Source of the DNA: an uncultured Chlamydiales bacterium
Lineage (GTDB): Bacteria > Chlamydiota > Chlamydiia > Chlamydiales > Rhabdochlamydiaceae
NCBI GenBank assembly: GCA_963700985.1
Contig: OY969554.1
Coordinates: 288,001 to 352,000 of the forward strand
Reading direction: 5' to 3'
DNA: 64,000 bases
Part shown: positions 56,693 through 64,000 of the stretch, piece after piece
Position numbering within the stretch: position 1 is the first letter of the stretch
How the letters are laid out: each line of letters starts with the position of its first letter
Program-made: the position numbers and the translations under genes
Notes under the pieces: model-generated
Told to the model about the DNA's origin: nothing
What the model saw: the letters and a program-made list of their open reading frames with translations, nothing else
Databases searched by the model: none

Positions 56693-57676
56693 ATGGGCGA
56701 TATCATTTTACTCATTATTGTTTTTGGGCTTATCTTCGACTACACCAACGGCTTTCATGATGCCGCCAATGTAGTAGCCACGGTTATTGCCACGCGCGTG
56801 CTAGCTCCATTTGCGGCAATTGTCATGGCGGGTATCTTAAATATGATTGGAGCCACCCAAGTGAGCGGTGTTGCTAAAACCATCACGACAGGATTGATCG
56901 ATCCAAGCTTAACCACGCCCCTCATTGTTTTGTGTGCTGTAATCGGCGCCATTTGCTGGAATATTGCCACTTGGTATTTCGGCCTGCCAAGCAGCTCCTC
57001 TTATGCCCTGATTGGAGGACTCGTCGGTGCTGCCTGGGTAGCAGGTGGGCCTGGCATGGTTCTCTGGTATGGGATAATTGGTAAGGTTCTAATCCCACTT
57101 GTGGTCTCTCCCATCGTGGGCTTTGTGCTTGCCTTTTTGCTTATGAAGTTTCTCATGTCTTATGCAAAGGGGCGCAAAAAGGAAAAGCTCTTCGGCTATT
57201 TGCAGATTGGATCTGCCGCATTGGTGGCTCTGGCTCATGGGTTTAATGACGCTCAGAAGAGCATGGCGCTCATTACGTTGGGGCTTTTTTCTGCTGGGTA
57301 TTTGAGCGCACCTATCATTCCCATCTGGGTTATCCTTCTCTGTGCGCTTATGATGGGCCTTGGTACTGCCGCGGGCGGATTTCGAATTATTAAAACCGTC
57401 GGTTTTGATATCGCAAAAATTACTCCGGTTCAAGGCTTTGCAACCGAACTCAGCGCTTCTTGCGTGATTCTAACAGCCAGCTTTTTAGGAATGCCTTTGA
57501 GCTCAACTCAAATGATCGTTGGCAGCGTGACAGGTGTGGGAGCCGCTAAATCCAAAAAAGAGGTGAATTGGGCCACTCCTAAAAAAATTGGAATTGCCTG
57601 GGCTTTAACCCTTCCGGGTGCCGCGTTATTCTCAGCAGTGCTTTTCTCATCTCTTTCTCATTTCTTATCTCCTTAA
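56693..57676 (+). CDS. pit: PiT family inorganic phosphate transporter
   Basis: NGFHDAANVVAT, GLPSSSS, AHGFNDAQKSM, LGMPLSSTQ. Confidence 0.93.
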   Translation: MGDIILLIIVFGLIFDYTNGFHDAANVVATVIATRVLAPFAAIVMAGILNMIGATQVSGVAKTITTGLIDPSLTTPLIVLCAVIGAICWNIATWYFGLPSSSSYALIGGLVGAAWVAGGPGMVLWYGIIGKVLIPLVVSPIVGFVLAFLLMKFLMSYAKGRKKEKLFGYLQIGSAALVALAHGFNDAQKSMALITLGLFSAGYLSAPIIPIWVILLCALMMGLGTAAGGFRIIKTVGFDIAKITPVQGFATELSASCVILTASFLGMPLSSTQMIVGSVTGVGAAKSKKEVNWATPKKIGIAWALTLPGAALFSAVLFSSLSHFLSP

Positions 57677-57780
57677 CTTTCAATCTGTTTAATTTAATAA
57701 TCAAATTAAATAGTTATAATAGTTTGATTATTAAAAGAATTTGATTTAATAATTAGATTAATCGGCTCGAAAGAGGAGTT

Positions 57781-59976
57781 ATGCAGAATAAACGGCTTCG
57801 CAAAGATCAAACTAGCGCATTAACGATGATGGAGGCGGTGGATAACCTCTCTAGCATGGCCGAACTCGATATTCCCGCTTCTCCTATGGAAGAGGATAAA
57901 GATCTATCATCCGTTTACTTTGAAGAAAGTAAGTCTGCTAATTGGCTCGATGCTTCGCATATTGTTGAAAATCGCGAAGCTGTGAAAGAGACCTTTCGGG
58001 TGATTCACAATTACCTCGAACATCTTTATGAAAGAGAAAAGGGTGAGCTTAAAGACCCCGAACTGCAGCGCGGCGTTCAGGCCATTATGGTTCTGGCAGG
58101 TGAAGCTGCCCAAAAAATGGATAAATATACCTCACTCTTTAAAAACGCTATTCCAAGTGAAAAAATCGTGCAGCTCAAAGAGTATCAAGAGTTGCAAAAT
58201 TTCTATCTCACCAAAGTCGTCAAACGCTTTCATAAGGGCGCAGGTGCTAAAGCCGGAGCAAACGCTGGAGCTGAACCCTGGGAAAAAGAATGGGAACAAG
58301 GCCAATCTGAAGAAACAATCAGTGGCGAACGTCGTAGCCTCAAAGACTTAGAAACCGTGCGTCGAGATAAAGAGTATGAGCTCTTCTATATCCGCAAACA
58401 AAACGGAGAGCGCTTTTTCAATCCTAACCTTTTACGACATATTCGCTTGGTTGGAGAGTTTGATGAAGCATTGAGTGGTCCTGAAGGCGATGATCCTCTT
58501 TTAAAGATCAAAATGGTCGAAGACCATGACATTTACGTAAGCGCCAGAGAGATTCTGCGTCAAGTATCCTTTCAAATAGATGAGTTCTATAAGGAAGCAA
58601 TGCGTCATAAGGAGCGTGATTTCGTAGCCGCGCTCAATAGCGCGCTTATGGCACTTATGCTCTGTGCAAATGCACGTAATCGTATGCCGGCGGACAGCGG
58701 CAAAAACTGCACCAATTATTTCATCGATTTCCACACTTTTTTGCGCTCCGCTCTCACTTCCGAAGATTATCAGAATTATGTTTCAGAGCAGGGTGAGCTA
58801 GATCATTTCGCCAGCGTGTTGCTCAATTTAACGCATGCGCTTTGCGCAGCATTTTTTACACGCATTGGCAGCCATAAAGAAACGGTGGCGTTTATTAAGC
58901 ATCTGATTGAAAGAGGGGAGTCAAACGAGAAGAAAGCTTCAGGACCCGCAATTTGGAATGAATTCTTACAAGATGATGCCAAGATCCGTCAGATCTTGAA
59001 ACATTATCCCAATGGGCCTCTACTTAAAACCCTCGATCTTTTCCGTGAAAGTGCGGCACATGAGGGCTTCGATCCGCTTTCGCAAGAGAATTTTCCATCT
59101 CAACTCTATACGCTTACATTTAAAGATTTTCATTTGACGACTTTACGCATCCCTGCGCCTGTGCATCAAGAGATCATCGATAAAGTCGAAGTGGCGCCAG
59201 AGTTTCGAGGTTTTCTAAGAGCTTTGCAAACACAGATGCATGGACAACGCCACCTGCTTTTTAATCTACAAGATCGCACCTCTTGGCAAGAGCATGCGCG
59301 TTGCAGCGTGTTGGAAAAGATGCAAAATGAAGCGGAGTTTGCAAAACCACTTACCGTAATTACCATCTGCAAAAATACGGATTTTTACAATCAGACAGGG
59401 CCTTATCAAATGCAGGCAGATGCCGCAGCTTTTATCGCCAGCTTCATCGATCAGATCGCCAGTGGAGAAGCTAGTGGTTATTTTTTCCCTCCTTCTCTAA
59501 ATAAGCAAGAGATCAATGCCTTTACTAGCGAGGCGCTTGAACTGATTCACAAGCTGTTTTTCTCCTCTGAGACGACACTCTCAAGAAAACAGCGCATGGA
59601 TTTCATCGAGATCTTCTATCAGTTCCTATTTATGAAGCTCATCCAAATGGTCAAACCCGATTCAATGAGCTTTACTTGCAAAGATGCCATCGACATCGGT
59701 GAGTCTACCGCTGCCGGTTTTTTTGCCTTTTTAAAGATGCTAGAGGGCAAAGCTTGGGGCCGCGAAGATAAAGAGTTCTTCCTCTGGATGCTCTATTCGC
59801 CTGCACTTACTATCCGTGAAAGGCCCATCGATTCAAATAGATTGCTGCGTATTGTCAATGCCTCTTCGATCATCCAAACCGAACTCGAAAGCCATCGCAA
59901 AGCTATCTTGGAACAGGTGCATAAACTGCTAGGGCAGCTTGCGCTGCGCGAAATCGAGCTCAAACCAGCCGCTTGA
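57781..59976 (+). CDS. Large hypothetical protein with degenerate CX5R phosphatase-like motif
   Basis: 731-aa ORF with GAGGAG RBS; C-terminal SMSFTCKDAIDIG. Confidence 0.7.
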   Translation: MQNKRLRKDQTSALTMMEAVDNLSSMAELDIPASPMEEDKDLSSVYFEESKSANWLDASHIVENREAVKETFRVIHNYLEHLYEREKGELKDPELQRGVQAIMVLAGEAAQKMDKYTSLFKNAIPSEKIVQLKEYQELQNFYLTKVVKRFHKGAGAKAGANAGAEPWEKEWEQGQSEETISGERRSLKDLETVRRDKEYELFYIRKQNGERFFNPNLLRHIRLVGEFDEALSGPEGDDPLLKIKMVEDHDIYVSAREILRQVSFQIDEFYKEAMRHKERDFVAALNSALMALMLCANARNRMPADSGKNCTNYFIDFHTFLRSALTSEDYQNYVSEQGELDHFASVLLNLTHALCAAFFTRIGSHKETVAFIKHLIERGESNEKKASGPAIWNEFLQDDAKIRQILKHYPNGPLLKTLDLFRESAAHEGFDPLSQENFPSQLYTLTFKDFHLTTLRIPAPVHQEIIDKVEVAPEFRGFLRALQTQMHGQRHLLFNLQDRTSWQEHARCSVLEKMQNEAEFAKPLTVITICKNTDFYNQTGPYQMQADAAAFIASFIDQIASGEASGYFFPPSLNKQEINAFTSEALELIHKLFFSSETTLSRKQRMDFIEIFYQFLFMKLIQMVKPDSMSFTCKDAIDIGESTAAGFFAFLKMLEGKAWGREDKEFFLWMLYSPALTIRERPIDSNRLLRIVNASSIIQTELESHRKAILEQVHKLLGQLALREIELKPAA

Positions 59977-60020
59977 AAAAAGATGAAGTAGGAAGTAAGA
60001 AGGATGAAAAAGGGATTTGT

Positions 60021-60212
60021 CTACTGGCGCTTCTTTTTTTTTGCGGCAGGCTTGATCGGGACTAACTTGTATCGATAAGGTGGCTTGATCTCCACGACCT
60101 TGCCATTTCGAGTAAAAACAAGAGCAGTACCAGTGCGAACCGCAGTTTCAAAAGCTCTTTGAAAACTGCGCTCATGGGCCTTTAATATTTTTTCATTAAA
60201 ATCATCGCTCAT
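60021..60212 (-). CDS. Small partner protein of zeta-toxin-like ATPase (putative antitoxin)
   Basis: 63-aa ORF overlapping the ATPase stop; GTALVFTRNGKVVEIKP. Confidence 0.6.
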   Translation of the reverse strand: MSDDFNEKILKAHERSFQRAFETAVRTGTALVFTRNGKVVEIKPPYRYKLVPIKPAAKKKKRQ

Positions 60213-60789
60213 AAGCAGTTTTCTCCAATTTTTTCCAAATGGTTCTATCAAAGATATCTATAGAACCATTGATATTTTTCCTAGTGATTAGCCTCTTTGA
60301 GGACTCTTCAGAGGAATTGTCTAAAACATTTGCTGTATCTGCAATGGGTAGATAGCATGTTAGAAGGTTTTTGAGGCCAGCATAATAACGTCTTATTATC
60401 GTTTCTTCTGGGACAAAATGTCCTCCTTGCTTCACCCTCTGAGCAACTCTTTTTACTGCTTGATCGGGACTTGCAAGCCATAAAAAAGTAAGATTGATTT
60501 CATACCCTTTCGATTTTGCTGCCTTGAGGTGCTTCACGTAATTTGTTCCTGAAGCGGTTGATTCGAATGCAAAGCTTTTATTGATATCGAGAAGTTCTTT
60601 GAGCCTTCTTATCATTAATTTACTGGCAGTCAAAGCCACGCTTTCGGGATTTAAAGGTGCAAGTCCTCTGGCAATCTCATCGGCATTTATAAATTCATAA
60701 AGTATTGAACGATCAGCAATGAACTCAAGGGTCATTGTTGTTTTGCCAGCACCGTTAGGTCCAGCTATCATAAGAATTTTTTTTGACAT
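60202..60789 (-). CDS. Zeta-toxin-like / COG4185-type P-loop ATPase
   Basis: IAGPNGAGKTT, FINADEIA, SFAFEST, RVAQRVKQGGH.VPEETIIRRY, LDNS. Confidence 0.88.
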   Translation of the reverse strand: MSKKILMIAGPNGAGKTTMTLEFIADRSILYEFINADEIARGLAPLNPESVALTASKLMIRRLKELLDINKSFAFESTASGTNYVKHLKAAKSKGYEINLTFLWLASPDQAVKRVAQRVKQGGHFVPEETIIRRYYAGLKNLLTCYLPIADTANVLDNSSEESSKRLITRKNINGSIDIFDRTIWKKLEKTAYER

Positions 60790-60935
60790 AAGAGTTAAGC
60801 TCTTAGAAAAGATAACAACAATAAGATTAAAAGTTTAGAGGGATTCGGGCTTTTGACAAGGATCTTTGTTTGCGAGATGATTTTTGAAAAAGGAGATTCT
60901 TTCCCTCTTCATTCTTCCTTCCGCCTTACTATTTC

Positions 60936-61505
60936 CTAATTTAGAGAAAGATCTTCGGGGATCATGGAGAGGGTGGCGTATTTTCCGCCCATTTCGCGCA
61001 AGATCGCCTGCCACATTTTCTCAGGTGGGGTTTCAAAGATGTGCTTGGCCGAGGCAGGATGTAGAAACCAGCCTCCATTCATGAACTCACGTTCAAGTTG
61101 TCCTGCACCCCAGCCTGTGTAACCGAAACAGAGGCGTATATGGGGGCCTTCGGGGTTGCTAATCGCTTCTTGTAGAAATTGCAGATCACCACCCAGATAA
61201 ACGCCTTCGCAGATTTTCAATGTCTGCTCGGTGAGCTGATCAGATGAATGCAGAAGCATCATCTGGTTAGGTTGAATGGGGCCGCCTGAGCGGATCTGGA
61301 CATGGGGATTTGCGACTTGTTTAAGATTGATGATGTCTTCGGGGAGCTCAACTTCAAGCGGCCTATTGATCATAAGGGCGAATGAGCCGCTAGGGCTATG
61401 TTCGCAGATCACGAGCACAGCGCGGAAATAGAGCCCTTGATCGATGTCTGGATTCGCGATCAGCAGGGTGCCCTTAGCTAAATGTGCATAAGGCGGCGTA
61501 TCCAT
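60936..61505 (-). CDS. yqgE: YqgE/AlgH (UPF0301) family protein
   Basis: [37 protein letters not shown]. Confidence 0.92.
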   Translation of the reverse strand: MDTPPYAHLAKGTLLIANPDIDQGLYFRAVLVICEHSPSGSFALMINRPLEVELPEDIINLKQVANPHVQIRSGGPIQPNQMMLLHSSDQLTEQTLKICEGVYLGGDLQFLQEAISNPEGPHIRLCFGYTGWGAGQLEREFMNGGWFLHPASAKHIFETPPEKMWQAILREMGGKYATLSMIPEDLSLN

Positions 61506-62705
61506 CTACTTTTGCATCTCCATCAACTGTTGATTATAGAGCTTTAGATTGTCGGCCAGTTCATTTGCCTTGCGAAGCAGCTCGGCGAAGTCATCTTTGA
61601 ACAGGTCGTTTTGCAGGATTACTTCTCGTTCTGGCGTCAGCTCCGCTTTTTCAAGCAGCATTGAGATCCTCTGCATAGAGCTATTTACCTGGTCGACCTC
61701 TTGCTCAAAATAGCTTTTAAAGCTCTCGGGTGTGTTTAAAGAAGTGAGTAGATTTACCCTCTGAAGATGTGTGCGCTGCCAGCTCTTATTGAGGTGGAAG
61801 AGAATGCCATATTGATTGACGTCATTCATAAGCGTATCGACTTTACTCATCACAGCTGTAAAGCGCAGATAGAGATCGTCAGATTTGAGCAATCTACCAA
61901 TCGTGCCTTTGCCATCTACCAGATCTTGCGCAATCACATCAATCGAGCCTGTGGCTTGTTTGAGGTTTTTAGCCGTAGCCGCCAAGTTTGTGAAGGTACC
62001 TTTTTCATCCATATCACAAATGACTTCGTGGATCTTGGTAATAGTATCTCTAAGCTGACATGCAGTCTCAGAAATTGTCTGGATGAGATTTTGCTGATTA
62101 ACACTGGTGATCATCTGATCGACCTGGGTCATCGCGCTGCCGAAGCTTTTCACAGCACAGCCGACATCATCGCCATATTGTTTAAGCCACTTAGTGACTT
62201 CATCAAACGTTATGCTCATTTTACTTGAGACACGCGAGAGCTCATTCATGGCTTGATCGATTGGATCAAGGGAGTTTGCATAGATGGGCTGGTTAGTGAT
62301 TAACTTTGGTGTGATTCCTTTTGGGGGACGTTTTGGAATGATCGCCACGGACTTTTCACCCAAAAGACCAGAAGTCTGAAGAGAGATGTCGTCGGTGTTA
62401 TAAACCACTACGCTAGAGTCGACTTTCAAAGTCAGTTGATAGAAATAGAAACGTCCTTCCGTGTCGACCGGCTGTGATCTTGCATGGTAAATTTCAGAGA
62501 TGGCCACGACTTCGCCCACGGGCTTTCCGGCATAGGTAACCCGCGTGCCGAGATCGATTTTATTGATATTCGCAAAACGCACATAGAGAGTCTTTTTTCC
62601 ATCACCCACAGAAGGTTTGAGAAACATGACAATTCCTATCAGCAAGGAGCATGCAGCGATAACAAAAATGCCTATTAGCATGTTTTTGACTGAGTTATTG
62701 CCCAT
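61506..62705 (-). CDS. mlaD: MlaD/MCE family protein
   Basis: IGIFVI TM, RVTYAGKPVGEV, TSGLLGEKSVAI, GKGTIGRLL; operon with ABC ATPase and permease. Confidence 0.9.
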   Translation of the reverse strand: MGNNSVKNMLIGIFVIAACSLLIGIVMFLKPSVGDGKKTLYVRFANINKIDLGTRVTYAGKPVGEVVAISEIYHARSQPVDTEGRFYFYQLTLKVDSSVVVYNTDDISLQTSGLLGEKSVAIIPKRPPKGITPKLITNQPIYANSLDPIDQAMNELSRVSSKMSITFDEVTKWLKQYGDDVGCAVKSFGSAMTQVDQMITSVNQQNLIQTISETACQLRDTITKIHEVICDMDEKGTFTNLAATAKNLKQATGSIDVIAQDLVDGKGTIGRLLKSDDLYLRFTAVMSKVDTLMNDVNQYGILFHLNKSWQRTHLQRVNLLTSLNTPESFKSYFEQEVDQVNSSMQRISMLLEKAELTPEREVILQNDLFKDDFAELLRKANELADNLKLYNQQLMEMQK

Positions 62706-63477
62706 CTAATTCCTCCCTGAATTTTCTCGGGTCTTGAGAAATTGTCTTTCTTAAGAACTCTATAATTGGATCGTCGATTTTCATAAAGGCATCTGGATTA
62801 TCTATAAAAGCAATCTTACCATTTTCGATCAGCGCAAGTCTATCTCCGACAAAGAGCGAAGAAAGAATGTCATGAGTGACGACGATGCTGGTGGCCTTTA
62901 ATTCTTGTTGAGTTTTCACAATAAGGCTATTGATTTGCATAGCGGTAATTGGATCTAAGCCCGTGGTTGGCTCATCATAGAGAATAACTGTGGGGCGATA
63001 GACGATCAGTCTGGCAAGAGCAGCCCGTTTGCGCATTCCACCAGAAAGCTCGGAGGGCATTTTTAGTTGGGTGTCTTGCAATCCCACCATCTCAAGCGCG
63101 TGATCGACGCGCTCTTTGATCTCTGCTTTACTGTATCTTTGTCCGGTTTTAGTATCGCCATGCTGGGTCAGATAAAAACCGATATTTTCTTCGATGTTCA
63201 TGGAGTCAAAGAGCGCAGAGCCCTGAAAGAGCATGCCCATATTCTGCACGGCTTTGTAAAGTTCAGGACCATAGAGATCAGTGATTCGTATGCCATCGAC
63301 ATCGATTTGGCCAGCATCGGGTTTAGAGATGCCAATGATATGCTTAAGCAGCACGCTCTTTCCCACGCCCGAGCGGCCAAGCACGACTAGTGTTTCACTG
63401 GTCTTAACATCTAAGTCTAGCCCTGCCAGAACTTGCAGCTTTCCATATTTTTTCCAAAGGTTGCGAATCTGAATCAT
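62695..63477 (-). CDS. mlaF: MlaF-type ABC ATPase
   Basis: GRSGVGKS, FQGSALFDS, LSGGMRKR, YDEPTTGLDP, VTHD. Confidence 0.93.
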   Translation of the reverse strand: MIQIRNLWKKYGKLQVLAGLDLDVKTSETLVVLGRSGVGKSVLLKHIIGISKPDAGQIDVDGIRITDLYGPELYKAVQNMGMLFQGSALFDSMNIEENIGFYLTQHGDTKTGQRYSKAEIKERVDHALEMVGLQDTQLKMPSELSGGMRKRAALARLIVYRPTVILYDEPTTGLDPITAMQINSLIVKTQQELKATSIVVTHDILSSLFVGDRLALIENGKIAFIDNPDAFMKIDDPIIEFLRKTISQDPRKFREELDGQ

Positions 63478-64000
63478 CCCACAACCCTCGAAATTTGCTC
63501 ATGGATCACGTTTAGCGCTACAGTTAAGAAGAAGTTCAGCAACAGAATGCAGCAGTAGGTAATAACCACCGAGTTTGTGGTTGAACGTCCTACACCTTCA
63601 GCGCCACCAGTAGTGGTCATCCCTTTATAGCAGGCGATAGTCATAATTAGAATGCCATAGAGAAACGATTTTATAATTCCGGTGGTCAAATCGAACATGG
63701 TGACATGCGTACGCATAGGATCGAAGTAGCTCACAGGCGCCATATTGAAAAAGTAGACCGTAATGAGATAGCCACCGAAGATGCCCATGGCAATACTAAA
63801 GAGCGTTAAAAGCGGCATCATGAAAATACCACTCATTAACCTAGGTGCAATGAGGTAGCGGTTAGGGTTTATGGCCATCGTTTGCAAGGCGTCGACCTGT
63901 TCGGTTACGCGCATCGTGCCCAGTTCGGCGCACATCGCAGCTCCGACGCGACCAGTTACCATGAATGCAGTAAGGACCGGACCGAGCTCTGTGATCATGG
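63474..64000 (-). CDS. mlaE: MlaE ABC permease (5' partial)
   Basis: ELGPVLTA...GRVGAAMCAELGTMRVTEQVDAL, GGAEGVGRSTT. Confidence 0.93.
   Translation of the reverse strand, partial: MITELGPVLTAFMVTGRVGAAMCAELGTMRVTEQVDALQTMAINPNRYLIAPRLMSGIFMMPLLTLFSIAMGIFGGYLITVYFFNMAPVSYFDPMRTHVTMFDLTTGIIKSFLYGILIMTIACYKGMTTTGGAEGVGRSTTNSVVITYCCILLLNFFLTVALNVIHEQISRVVG

Overview
A 64 kb window from a bacterium that is most likely an environmental member of the phylum Chlamydiae. This is inferred from the nusB-murB...methyltransferase-infC-rpmI-rplT-pheS gene order, the chlamydia-type TGT plus YhhQ, and the eukaryote-like F-box/LRR proteins. Housekeeping genes (dps, nusB, murB, folC, tRNA-Val, infC, rpmI, rplT, pheS, tRNA-Ser, tdk, tgt, ndk, pit, yqgE, mlaDFE) alternate with paralogue expansions. 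The most striking locus is at ~35.9-54.9 kb. There, eight membrane-anchored ~290-aa paralogues all carry protein-kinase-like catalytic motifs. Seven form a tandem array running into a 1613-aa Rhs protein with only a 53-aa tip and a membrane-anchored double glycosyltransferase, next to an NDK with a signal peptide. The kinase-like genes are interleaved with beta-propeller genes that share a near-invariant C-terminal domain, with scars of cassette duplication. Other notable items: a catalytically eroded ThrRS-like gene at the canonical thrS position, a Ser/Pro-rich protein with an EndoU-like His-His-Lys nuclease motif, five tandem F-box-LRR candidate effectors, a CX5R pseudo-phosphatase, RPE-like palindromic elements, tRNA-Ser 3'-end repeats and several short-period palindromic intergenic repeats. 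All calls come from reading motifs by eye; no database searches were run.
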